Source: an uncultured Gammaproteobacteria bacterium
GTDB taxonomy: Bacteria; Patescibacteriota; Microgenomatia; Levybacterales; UBA12049
Length of the DNA: 64,000 nt
Assembly: GCA_964507055.1 (NCBI GenBank)
Contig: CAZDOJ010000001.1
Location: 77,210-141,209 of the forward strand
Direction of reading: 5' to 3'
Within the stretch, counting starts at the first letter, position 1, and every line of letters starts with the position of its first letter. Shown piece by piece: positions 37,698 to 47,056 of this stretch. A program made the translations under genes and the position numbers. The notes below the pieces were generated by a model. It saw only the letters and a list, made by a program, of their open reading frames with translations. It was not told the DNA's origin and did no database searches.

Positions 37698-38672
37698 CTA
37701 TTTAACGAAATCTCCAGCATGGCCTGCTTGACCAAATGCTTTCATACGTGCCGCAATCATATCTTTATTTGCAGTTCGTGCTTCAGCTAGATATTCTCGA
37801 GGGTCAAACTTTTCAGGATGTTCTACGAAGAACTTTCTGATAGCAGCAGTGATTGCCAGGCGAGTGTCTGTATCAACATTTACTTTACGGACTCCATGTT
37901 GGATCCCCATTTGAATTTCTGGTACAGGTACACCCCAGGTTGGTTTAATTTGTCCACCGTATTTATTGATTTCTTGTAATAACTCTTGAGGAACACTTGA
38001 TGAGCCGTGCATAACAAGATGTGTATGTGGAAGTCTCTTATGTATTTCGACAATTCGATCCATGACTAATACTGAATGATCCGGTTCTTTTGTGAATTTA
38101 TACACGCCGTGACTTGTTCCAATCGCTACAGCTAAAGCATCAACTCCAGTTTCTTCAACGAATTGCACTGCCTGTTCGGGATCTGTAAGGAAATCACTCT
38201 TCATTTCTCCAGCTCCTGCACCATCCTCGATTCCACCAATAACGCCAAGTTCTGCTTCAACACTTACACCTTTTGCGTGAGCATATGCTACAACTTCCTT
38301 GGTAACTGCTACATTCTCTTCATACGATGCTGGAGTCTTATGATCTGCTTGCAGTGATCCGTCAATCATAACGCTTGTATAACCCATATCGACTGCTGAT
38401 AAACACGCTTCTTTACTTCCATGATCTTGATGTAGAACGGTTGGGATTTCTGGGTAGACTTCCGTAGCTGCAATCATCAAATGATAGAGGAATTTATCGT
38501 TTGCATATGCTCTTGCACCGCGGGAAGCTTGCAGAATAACGGGAGAATTTGTTTCACGTGCAGCATCCATGATGGCTTGGATTTGCTCCATATTGTTCAC
38601 GTTGAATCCACCAACACCATAATTACCTTCAGCTGCTTTATCGAGGAGTTCACGAAGAGTTATTAATGCCAT
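37698..38672 (-). CDS. fba: fructose-bisphosphate aldolase, class II
   Basis: N-terminal [25 protein letters not shown], metal-ligand histidines, and typical length. Confidence 0.8.
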   Translation of the reverse strand: MALITLRELLDKAAEGNYGVGGFNVNNMEQIQAIMDAARETNSPVILQASRGARAYANDKFLYHLMIAATEVYPEIPTVLHQDHGSKEACLSAVDMGYTSVMIDGSLQADHKTPASYEENVAVTKEVVAYAHAKGVSVEAELGVIGGIEDGAGAGEMKSDFLTDPEQAVQFVEETGVDALAVAIGTSHGVYKFTKEPDHSVLVMDRIVEIHKRLPHTHLVMHGSSSVPQELLQEINKYGGQIKPTWGVPVPEIQMGIQHGVRKVNVDTDTRLAITAAIRKFFVEHPEKFDPREYLAEARTANKDMIAARMKAFGQAGHAGDFVK

Positions 38673-38769
38673 GTATGAATCAATAGTACTGGTTTATAGG
38701 TAAAAAATCAAGCACATATTGTAGACCTATAGAGTTGATTTATTAGCCTCAATTGACTATAATTTCAAG

Positions 38770-40041
38770 ATGGAAAGACGAACGCATGATACTTCCCCTA
38801 TACAAAAAGAGAAAGAATCAAGAAATGAAGGCCAATTGACACTTCGTGATTTGGGTTTTCAAGACCGAAAGCATAGTATTGGTTTTGCAAATGCACCAGT
38901 ACGATTACATACTACTATCGATCCAGAAAATGGAAGCAATGTTTTTTTTGTCGCAATTGACTATCCATTGAAAGGGGGAGGGTTATTAGAATTTTTAAGG
39001 GAAGTAAGCCCAATAAAAGGACAAAGCCGTAATGCGGTACTGGATGACTGGGATTTGCCAGATGATGCTAAACGAAAAATGGATCTTGCACATCTCCACC
39101 ATACTCATCAATCAATCCCTGGTTATAGTGAATTTGATGAACATCACAGAGAAAGCTGGATGGATGCGATTTCCGTACGTGGTTACGATGCATATTTTAA
39201 GACACTTAATGAAAGAGTTTATTTTGATACAGAAAAATTCATTCTCGGACAATGGGAAGAACGTGAGGCTGAAATATTTGGTTATCCTCCTTATGACCGC
39301 CAGCATATTCCTGCTTGGATGAATAAAGAACAAGAATTTATTGGTGCTGTCTCTACATACATCCAGAGTCCCAAGAGTCTCAAATTCATGCGTGGTTTGG
39401 ACGAGCTTGAAATGATAGATCCGCAATCAGGTGTCATAGTTGAGGATGGAATAAGGGCAAAATATGAACCCGCTGTTTTTATAAAAACAACTCCTTCGGG
39501 ACTGCATATCGTTGAAAGCCATAGCGGCGTAACTGCTGACATTACTTTGGGGGGAATTGATGATAGAGGATTCTATGATCAAGATGTAACAATGCAATTT
39601 GATGAAGAGTATAGAAGAGATGCATTGTTTCCTGTTATCGCTTGGAAAGAAACAAAGGGTGGAAAAAGATGGTTTCTTTCTCAAGTTGAAATGCAAAGAC
39701 TAATGCCTGCTGATATGCACCAACAAGGAGCAGATGTTGTACTTGGGCGAGTTGGCTTAGCATATTTAGAACAAGATATTGCTGATGGTTTCGACAAAGC
39801 AATGGGATTTCCACAAGTGCCCAACTCTCGACAGGGGATGGGTCTAGCTCAACTCCCAGTTTTAGTGTCAATGCCATCTATTGCCAAATCTCTTTTGTAT
39901 GCAGAGCAAGTTACCGCTTTACAGGAGCATATCTCACAAAGTTCACCGAAATTTGATGCTCCACTCCCATTAGAAAGTGCAAATGTACTTGTAGACTGGT
40001 CGGGAGATAGTGAACCTGATCCAAGGAAAAAGACTCTTTGA
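38770..40041 (+). CDS. hypothetical 423-aa protein, 14th member of the C-terminal-tag family (ends ...VDWSGDSEPDPRKKTL); unlinked to the main array
   Basis: Promoter TTGATT(38735-38740)-17-TATAAT(38758-38763) with the ATG 7 nt downstream. N-terminus MERRTHD. Confidence 0.6.
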   Translation: MERRTHDTSPIQKEKESRNEGQLTLRDLGFQDRKHSIGFANAPVRLHTTIDPENGSNVFFVAIDYPLKGGGLLEFLREVSPIKGQSRNAVLDDWDLPDDAKRKMDLAHLHHTHQSIPGYSEFDEHHRESWMDAISVRGYDAYFKTLNERVYFDTEKFILGQWEEREAEIFGYPPYDRQHIPAWMNKEQEFIGAVSTYIQSPKSLKFMRGLDELEMIDPQSGVIVEDGIRAKYEPAVFIKTTPSGLHIVESHSGVTADITLGGIDDRGFYDQDVTMQFDEEYRRDALFPVIAWKETKGGKRWFLSQVEMQRLMPADMHQQGADVVLGRVGLAYLEQDIADGFDKAMGFPQVPNSRQGMGLAQLPVLVSMPSIAKSLLYAEQVTALQEHISQSSPKFDAPLPLESANVLVDWSGDSEPDPRKKTL

Positions 40042-40047
40042 TCTCAT

Positions 40048-41697
40048 TTACCATTGCTGTTTGAAGTGGTCCTTTTGGAAAGCTGGATTTGGATTTGTCT
40101 TTTTGTGAGGATTAAAGATACCTTTTGGATCAAAAATCTTTTTAGTCTCAGCAAAGAGAGTTAAGATTTTCTTATTAAATTGTAAATGGAGATAGGGAGT
40201 TCGGACGATACCGTCATTATGCTCACCGCTTGTTGAACCTTTATATTCGGCAACAAGTTTGAAAATCTCTTCACTGATTTGCGGAATGAACTTTTGTTCT
40301 TCAGGATTTCGTAAATCGATCAATGGGAATACGTGGAAATTCCCATTTCCCACATGACCTTGCATTGCAGTAATGACAGGATATTTTTTCAAAATTGCCT
40401 TAAACTTTGGTAAAAATTCAGGGAGATATTCTGGCTTTACAGTAACATCATCGATAAAAGGAGCGGAATATCGATCCTTCAATTTTGTTGAAAGTAAACC
40501 AAAACTATCTCTTCTGATTAACCAGTATTTCAACTCTGATTTTTCATTCTTTGCCCATTTCATCTTGAGATCATATGGTTTTAATTTCTCTTCAAGTTCT
40601 TTAATCTTTTTTGCAATCTCATCATAATCGTCTCCGGTAAATTCTGCTTGGATTGTGAGATTTGGAAGTCCGCCAGCCATTTTCATTTTGAATTCAGGAA
40701 GGAATTTAAGCTTTGTTTGGACATCATTCATACCAAGCTTTTTGCCAAATCCTGTGACGTATTTCAATGCGAGATCGAGTGTATAGTCATCATATGTTTC
40801 AAGACTTTCAGGTTTGAACGGCAAAATAACATTTACAATTTCTGCCAAATGAGAAACATCTTTCACATAAAGAATCAACATTTCTGCATGCTTTTTTACT
40901 GGTACAAGTCGTAGATTTGCTTTGGTGGTGATTCCTAGTGTCCCTTGTGCACCGACAAAAAGTTTGGTCAAATCAAAGATCCCTTTTTCTTTGTCGTACA
41001 CATTCCAAAGGTAATATCCAGCGGAGTTCTTTGAAACATCTGGTTTTGCTTTCTTTAGAAGATCATAATGTCGATCGATGAGATTGAATATTTTTCGATA
41101 GAGCTTTCCTTCAAAATCCTGTTGCCTCATTTTCTTTTTGAGTTCAGCAATTGTGAGTGGTTTGATCGTGTATTGTTTGCCATCAGCAAGGACAACTTCC
41201 ATTGAATTGACATAATCCTCTGCTTTTCCATATGCAAGAGATTTTTCACCGCCTGCATTATTTCCGATCATTCCTCCAAGAGCACAGAGTTCACGAGATG
41301 ATGGATATGCAGGGTAGAGGAGTCCATGAGCTAATGTATACTTTTCAAAATCTCGATAATACATACCAGGTTCGATAGTTGCTGAATGTCCATGGAATTC
41401 TGGCTCTCGATTAAAGTATTTCATGAAAGAAACGATAATTGAATTGTTTAAAACACCACCACTCATGTCGGTTCCAGCAGCACGAGGTGTAACATTAAGA
41501 TCGGGATGCTCTTTTTTATGTTTTGCGACAAATGCTACGAGGTTTTGGACATCTTCTTCATCAAGTGGAAAAACGACAACTTGAGGTTTGACCGCATAAA
41601 TACTTCGGTCCATACTATGAACACGAATCGTTTCCTCATCGGTTACGACGTCTCCTTTAATAATCTTTTTTAATTCTTCTAGTAGGGCAGCAGTCAT
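40048..41697 (-). CDS. FAD-linked oxidase (GlcD/D-lactate dehydrogenase-like)
   Basis: FAD-binding PCMH-type domain (PRAAGTDMSGG) and typical length. Confidence 0.65.
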   Translation of the reverse strand: MTAALLEELKKIIKGDVVTDEETIRVHSMDRSIYAVKPQVVVFPLDEEDVQNLVAFVAKHKKEHPDLNVTPRAAGTDMSGGVLNNSIIVSFMKYFNREPEFHGHSATIEPGMYYRDFEKYTLAHGLLYPAYPSSRELCALGGMIGNNAGGEKSLAYGKAEDYVNSMEVVLADGKQYTIKPLTIAELKKKMRQQDFEGKLYRKIFNLIDRHYDLLKKAKPDVSKNSAGYYLWNVYDKEKGIFDLTKLFVGAQGTLGITTKANLRLVPVKKHAEMLILYVKDVSHLAEIVNVILPFKPESLETYDDYTLDLALKYVTGFGKKLGMNDVQTKLKFLPEFKMKMAGGLPNLTIQAEFTGDDYDEIAKKIKELEEKLKPYDLKMKWAKNEKSELKYWLIRRDSFGLLSTKLKDRYSAPFIDDVTVKPEYLPEFLPKFKAILKKYPVITAMQGHVGNGNFHVFPLIDLRNPEEQKFIPQISEEIFKLVAEYKGSTSGEHNDGIVRTPYLHLQFNKKILTLFAETKKIFDPKGIFNPHKKTNPNPAFQKDHFKQQW

Positions 41698-41736
41698 ATA
41701 TCTATTGTTGCATGTTTTACAGTTCAGTTACAAGAG

Positions 41737-42765
41737 TTATGTTTTTTTACGCTTGATAACTTTTTTAACAGCTTTCTTAATAGCCGGAACATCCATATTA
41801 TATTTCTCGAGAATTGCTTTCCAGTCACCTGATTCTGCAAAAGTATTTTGTAATCCAATAAACTCCATTGGAAGAGGATTTGTTTTAGCTAAAAATTCAG
41901 CAATTGCACTTCCAAGTCCACCATCAACTTGATGATCTTCAACCGTTACAACTGCACCAGTGTGTCCTGTAAATCTGAGGATTCCTTCTTCATCCAAGGG
42001 CTTTACCGTCGCTGCATTGACGACAAGTACAGGAAATCCTTCTTCTTCAAGTTCTTTCGCTGCTGCCAATGCATAATACATCATATATCCCATTGCAAAT
42101 ATAGTTGCTTGTGGATTTTCTGTGACCCAAAAATCTTGCATTTGGCCAACTTTAAAAGGTGTTTGCTCAGTTGTAATTACAGGAGTCTTATCTCTAGTAT
42201 ATCGGATATATACTGGAGTCGAAATGTCAGCCGATGCAATTGTCATTTTCTTTGCCTCAATACTATCGCAAGGGACGTAGACATGCATGTTTGGCCAGCA
42301 ACGAGTAATTGCGACATCCTCAGTTGCTTGATGTGTCGCTCCATCCGGTCCAGTCATGATACCTGCGTGATGACCTGCAATCTTAACATTTGCTTCGTTA
42401 TAGACAGCGGTTGTCCTTAAAGTTTCCCAATTTTTTCCAGGAGAAAATGTAGCATATGATGATATGAAAGCAATTTTACCAGTTACGCCAAGCCCTGCTG
42501 CTATAGCTGCCATGTTTTGTTCTCCGATTCCTGTTTGGATAAATCGTTCTGGAAATTTCTCCGCAAATTTATGAGCTTGTGTTGATTCTGTCAAATCGGC
42601 TGCAAGTGCGACGACATTTGGATTCATTTCTCCAAGAGCTAGAAGCCCACTTCCGAATCCAGCACGAGTTGGTGCAACTTCTACATCTTTATCAAAAAGT
42701 TTGGTATTTAATTTTAATTTCGGATTTAACATATTATTGATGCTCGCTGGTAATTTTACCGCCAA
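41737..42765 (-). CDS. transketolase, C-terminal (pyrimidine-binding) subunit
   Basis: Split-transketolase second subunit (FGSGLLALGE...GIGEQNMAAIAAGL). Confidence 0.75.
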   Translation of the reverse strand: MAVKLPASINNMLNPKLKLNTKLFDKDVEVAPTRAGFGSGLLALGEMNPNVVALAADLTESTQAHKFAEKFPERFIQTGIGEQNMAAIAAGLGVTGKIAFISSYATFSPGKNWETLRTTAVYNEANVKIAGHHAGIMTGPDGATHQATEDVAITRCWPNMHVYVPCDSIEAKKMTIASADISTPVYIRYTRDKTPVITTEQTPFKVGQMQDFWVTENPQATIFAMGYMMYYALAAAKELEEEGFPVLVVNAATVKPLDEEGILRFTGHTGAVVTVEDHQVDGGLGSAIAEFLAKTNPLPMEFIGLQNTFAESGDWKAILEKYNMDVPAIKKAVKKVIKRKKT

Positions 42766-43597
42766 GTGTTCTCAATTCATGCAATGCTTCCTTTGCTTCA
42801 TCTTTGTTCGGTGGTTTCCCATGCCAATGGAAATCTTTCTCCATAAATTCGACACCTTTACCTGGAATTGTGTGTGCGATAATTACTGTAGGTTTCTCGT
42901 AAATTGCATGTGCTTCGTTGATACGATCAACAAATTGTTCGATATTATGTCCATCGGCTTCAAGTACATGCCAATTAAATGCTTCAAACTTTTCTCGTAA
43001 TGGTTCAAGCGGCATGACGTCCTCAGTAAATCCATCAATTTGAATATTATTTCGATCGACGACCAAAATAAGATTATTCAATTGTAATTTGCCCGCTACC
43101 ATCAATGCTTCCCAAATATTTCCTTCATTTAGTTCACCATCTCCTGCAATAACATATGTGTAATATTTTTTCTTATCCATTTGTGCAGCGAGTGCGATAC
43201 CGATGCCTTGAGATAAACCTTCTCCAAGTGGTCCAGATGTCGTCTCAAGTCCTGGTAAAACAGTTCTATGAGGATGACCTTGGAGCCGTGAGTTGATCTT
43301 TCTCAATGTTTTTAACTCTTCGACGGGGAAGTATCCAGCCTGTGCCATTGAAACATATCGAATAGGGCAGATATGACCATTTGAAAGAATTAATCTATCA
43401 CGATCTTCCCATTCTGGATTTTTTGGATCATGATTTAAAATATGGAAGTAAAATGCGGTAAAAATATCTGCCATTCCTAAAGGACCAGCAGAATGTCCCG
43501 ATCCAGCTTCCAGAAGAGTTTTGATAAGGAGTTCTCGAGCCTTTTCAGCTTTTTCGTTAAGTTCTTTTAATGTATCTTCGTAGAGTTCCTGAACCAT
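42734..43597 (-). CDS. transketolase, N-terminal (TPP-binding) subunit
   Basis: GSGHSAGPLGMADI and GDGELNEGNIWEA. Confidence 0.75.
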   Translation of the reverse strand: MVQELYEDTLKELNEKAEKARELLIKTLLEAGSGHSAGPLGMADIFTAFYFHILNHDPKNPEWEDRDRLILSNGHICPIRYVSMAQAGYFPVEELKTLRKINSRLQGHPHRTVLPGLETTSGPLGEGLSQGIGIALAAQMDKKKYYTYVIAGDGELNEGNIWEALMVAGKLQLNNLILVVDRNNIQIDGFTEDVMPLEPLREKFEAFNWHVLEADGHNIEQFVDRINEAHAIYEKPTVIIAHTIPGKGVEFMEKDFHWHGKPPNKDEAKEALHELRTLGGKITSEHQ

Positions 43598-43603
43598 GGG
43601 TGG

Positions 43604-44884
43604 TTATTTCCTTAAAACAATATAGAGATCGGAAACATTTGAGTCTAAATGGCCGGTTATAATTCCATCATGTTCTGATTCAAAGAATCGTGTACTATTA
43701 TCGTCATCAATAAACTCTTGGACATTAAGATGGGTTTGATTTACTTTCTTTAGCGTATCTTTGTCTGCAATTGCACCTGCGAATTCAGTAAAATCCCAAC
43801 CATCTGTACCAAACGAAGCTATAACTGTATCTCCTTGGATATGCTTGAGTGCATTCAGGACAAGTGCTTGGTTCCGTCCACCAACACCTTTGCCTGTAAC
43901 TTTGACAGTTGATTCACCACCTGCAAGAAGGATTTGGTCAAAAGGTGTTTCATTAATGAGTTGTTCTCCAAGTTGCTCAGCATCGCCTTGCAAACGATCA
44001 GTCATGACATGGACCTCGTAACCCAGTTCGCGTGCTTTTTTCTCCATTGCATTTAATGCAGTAAGGTTGCTAAGCATGAGAACATTGGAGACCTTTTCGA
44101 AATATTTTTTATCTGTTGGAGTTTCAACAAAATCATCCATTGAAAGATGTGCTTTTTCTGCAAGATTGTATTTCTTCATAATATTTTCAACATCTTTCAT
44201 CGATGAAGTATTCTTGACCAATGGTCCAGATGCGATAACTGATAAGTCATTTCCTGGAACATCAGAATAGATAAGGTTCACAACTGTAGCCGGGAAAAGA
44301 ATCTTTGCGAGACCTCCACCCTTAACTTTGGAAAGATGCTTGCGGATTGCATTCATTTCAGTGATATTTGCACCTGACTGGAGAAGTGCTTTGTTAACTT
44401 CAGTAATCCGTTCCAGAGAAAGTGTATTTGGTGCTTCAAAAAGTACTGAACCACCACCACAAGTGACGATAATTACTAAATCTTTTTCTGTTGCATGTTC
44501 GAGTTTTTCTATAGCATGTGCTGTAAATGTAAAGTTTTCTTGCGATGGAAGTGGGTGAGTGCCTTTCGTATAATGAAGCTTTTTAAAATGCTCGTCTTCA
44601 ACGACATCAATAACATATCCTTCAGTGAGGTGATCTCCAAGATGTTCTTCTACCATTTTGCAATTGCCTGCACTGCCTTTCCCAAATCCCAAAAGAAAGA
44701 CTCGTTCAAATTTTGAAAGATCATAGACTTTATTTTGGATAGTTAATGCATTATCTTTAAGGATAAAGTTTGTTTTGAAAACTTCCTTCGGAGCGATTGA
44801 AGCAAATGCTGTTTCAGCAAGTTCAAGTACGATTTTGCGATTGTGATTTGTTGCGAGTTGATCGTAGTTCTTAATATATCCCAT
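43604..44884 (-). CDS. MOFRL-family glycerate kinase / hydroxypyruvate reductase-like
   Basis: GGESTV...GKGVGGRNQ and IVTCGGGS motifs. The start was set to the internal ATG (MGYIKNYDQL), by analogy with family N-termini. Confidence 0.55.
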   Translation of the reverse strand: MGYIKNYDQLATNHNRKIVLELAETAFASIAPKEVFKTNFILKDNALTIQNKVYDLSKFERVFLLGFGKGSAGNCKMVEEHLGDHLTEGYVIDVVEDEHFKKLHYTKGTHPLPSQENFTFTAHAIEKLEHATEKDLVIIVTCGGGSVLFEAPNTLSLERITEVNKALLQSGANITEMNAIRKHLSKVKGGGLAKILFPATVVNLIYSDVPGNDLSVIASGPLVKNTSSMKDVENIMKKYNLAEKAHLSMDDFVETPTDKKYFEKVSNVLMLSNLTALNAMEKKARELGYEVHVMTDRLQGDAEQLGEQLINETPFDQILLAGGESTVKVTGKGVGGRNQALVLNALKHIQGDTVIASFGTDGWDFTEFAGAIADKDTLKKVNQTHLNVQEFIDDDNSTRFFESEHDGIITGHLDSNVSDLYIVLRK

Positions 44885-44993
44885 GAGCAGTATTTTTAGT
44901 TTAGCAATAACATATAAGAGTAGCAAGGGGATCAACTACATCACATGCTTTATCTCTTGCGTCTGAGAATATGAAACAGTATTATTTAAATAA

Positions 44994-45767
44994 ATGAATC
45001 GAGGCAAAATACTAAAAATAGTTACTGGAATTGTAATCGGGCTAATCATTTTGTGGTTGGGTGTCTCATATTATCTTTACACGCAAGCAGATAAAACGGT
45101 GCATAGTCCTCAAATGAGCAAAAATTATGACTATGGTGTCAATTTTACAAGAGATTTTGTACAAAACAAAGCTGGCCAAAAGATTGAAATTCTTAGCGTA
45201 CCAAATCAAAATACAGATCAAATTATTGTCTATTTCCATGGGAATTGGGGGAGACTTGCTTATGTCTTACAAAGAGCGAGTGTCTTTGGGACGATTATTT
45301 CTCCAGCGTATCCAGGGTATTCACAGTCTGAAGGCACTGCAAATTCAGATAATGTCTATGAGACGGTGGATTTGACAATGCAATATCTTTTTAATAAAGG
45401 ATATAAGCAAGAGCAAATTGTCGTTCTTGGACATTCCATGGGCGGTTCTCCTGCTGTTTATGCAGCAACAAAGTATCCTCATTTGAAGAAAGTGGTTGTT
45501 GTAAATACATTTTATAGTATTCAGGCAATGTGTCAAAAAGATTACAGCATTTTGTGTGTATTTACCGGAAACTACTTGAATACAAGCAAACTAGCTCCAG
45601 ATACTGTAGCAAAAATACGTCACTTTCATACACCAAACGATGAGCTGATTCCATTCTCACAAGGAAAAGAATTATTTGCTCTATTTAGTAGTAAAGATAA
45701 AAAGTTCTTTGAGATTGGTGGATCGCATGGAGAGTTCCCAGTTGAAGAAGTTTTAACAAAAGAATAA
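44994..45767 (+). CDS. membrane-anchored alpha/beta hydrolase
   Basis: N-terminal TM helix and GHSMGG nucleophile elbow. Confidence 0.6.
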   Translation: MNRGKILKIVTGIVIGLIILWLGVSYYLYTQADKTVHSPQMSKNYDYGVNFTRDFVQNKAGQKIEILSVPNQNTDQIIVYFHGNWGRLAYVLQRASVFGTIISPAYPGYSQSEGTANSDNVYETVDLTMQYLFNKGYKQEQIVVLGHSMGGSPAVYAATKYPHLKKVVVVNTFYSIQAMCQKDYSILCVFTGNYLNTSKLAPDTVAKIRHFHTPNDELIPFSQGKELFALFSSKDKKFFEIGGSHGEFPVEEVLTKE

Positions 45768-45770
45768 TTA

Positions 45771-46181
45771 TTACGTTCTATCCTTTACCCGATAAACAAA
45801 TTTTAAACCTGACCATTTCTCGTCAACAGCGATCACTTTTACATCGACTAAGCCTTCTGCCAGTCCAATTTCACGGATAACATTTTCATTTAAATCAGTT
45901 TTTATTTTAGAGCTACCTTTTGGCCAAGATATCCAAAGTGAACCATCTTGCTTTAGTTTACTTTTGAGCTTAGTAAAGTCTTTCTTAAATGTCTCTTTGC
46001 CTGACGCAAAGTATTGAATAATATCTGAAGGTTCGATTAATTCATCAAAAATACTACAATCAGGCGGAATTGGAAAAAGAAGATGGCCATAATCCTCAGG
46101 TGGATTAATTAAGCTAATTATATAACCTTGTTTTATTCCTAGTTTTTGCGATAAAGTTTTTTTAGAATATCCTGCGTTCAT
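45771..46181 (-). CDS. DUF3052-like hypothetical protein
   Basis: N-terminus MNAGYSKKTLSQKLGIKQGY matches the pattern I recall for the DUF3052 family. This is a memory-based assignment. Confidence 0.35.
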   Translation of the reverse strand: MNAGYSKKTLSQKLGIKQGYIISLINPPEDYGHLLFPIPPDCSIFDELIEPSDIIQYFASGKETFKKDFTKLKSKLKQDGSLWISWPKGSSKIKTDLNENVIREIGLAEGLVDVKVIAVDEKWSGLKFVYRVKDRT

Positions 46182-46254
46182 AAGCTTATTTTAGCAGAAA
46201 ACACATCACTTCTTACCATTTTCTTATAATAGAAGAGTTTGTAAAAGAGTTATA

Positions 46255-46629
46255 ATGGTAGTTATGAAGCAAATAGTGGTTGTTGATGATGACCCTGATA
46301 TTCTAGATGCAATACAATTTGTCCTCGAGGACGCAGGGTATAATGTTCAAACCTCACAAAAAGGCGAATATGCAGAAAGTTTGCCTACACAAAAAAAATT
46401 ACCAGATCTTCTTATATTGGACGTTTTACTTTCAGGTAAAGATGGACGAAAAATTTGTCAGCGATTAAAAAGCCAAAAGGCTACCAAACAACTTCCAATT
46501 CTTATGATGTCAGCCCATCCAAGTGTACAAAAGACGGTTACTGCTGTCGGTGCTGATGGCTTTTTGCCTAAGCCATTTGATATTAATTCATTATTAGAAA
46601 AAGTAGATAAATCAATGCAACATACATAA
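46255..46629 (+). CDS. stand-alone response-regulator receiver (CheY-like) domain protein
   Basis: VVVDDDPDILDA, phospho-acceptor region LLILDVLLSGKDG, and MSAH. No output domain. Confidence 0.7.
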   Translation: MVVMKQIVVVDDDPDILDAIQFVLEDAGYNVQTSQKGEYAESLPTQKKLPDLLILDVLLSGKDGRKICQRLKSQKATKQLPILMMSAHPSVQKTVTAVGADGFLPKPFDINSLLEKVDKSMQHT

Positions 46630-46760
46630 ACCCCTTGACATATGCAATTAACTCGCATATACTAAACGCAATCTTATCGCGTTTATGATCTTCTATAATT
46701 CTCAATTTTTAAAGATACATATTTTTATGAGAGCAATCTTGCGGAAAGTGAGGTGATTAT

Positions 46761-46922
46761 ATGAAGTTCTATAACGTGAAAACGAGACAGGCGGTTGAAA
46801 TTCCTGATGATCAAGTAACGATGGTTACTATGAAGAATGGTAAAAAAGCAGCGAAAGCTGATTTAAATGGTACCAAACTTTTTAAAATTGTCAGTAAGGA
46901 AGATGCAGCACGTCTTGCTTAA
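46761..46922 (+). CDS. small 53-aa protein
   Basis: Below the ORF-track length cutoff. SD GAGGTGA 5 nt upstream. Promoter TTGACA(46635-46640)-17-TATACT(46658-46663). Pattern KFYNVKTRQAVEIPDDQVTMVTMKNGKK...KLFKIV. Confidence 0.45.
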   Translation: MKFYNVKTRQAVEIPDDQVTMVTMKNGKKAAKADLNGTKLFKIVSKEDAARLA

Positions 46923-47021
46923 TACAAAGAAGTTTGGCCCGTCTGGTTAGCATTTTGCCACTTATGTTTTTGCTAGACGGGTAGGCCAAATGCCTTTGTC
47001 GGCATTGAACACAATACATTT

Positions 47022-47054
47022 GAGAGTCCCGATCACCCGGGACTCTCGCATTTT
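47022..47054 (+). terminator. rho-independent terminator
   Basis: 10-bp GC-rich stem GAGAGTCCCG/CGGGACTCTC, 6-nt loop, followed by GCATTTT. Confidence 0.6.
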
Positions 47055-47056
47055 AT

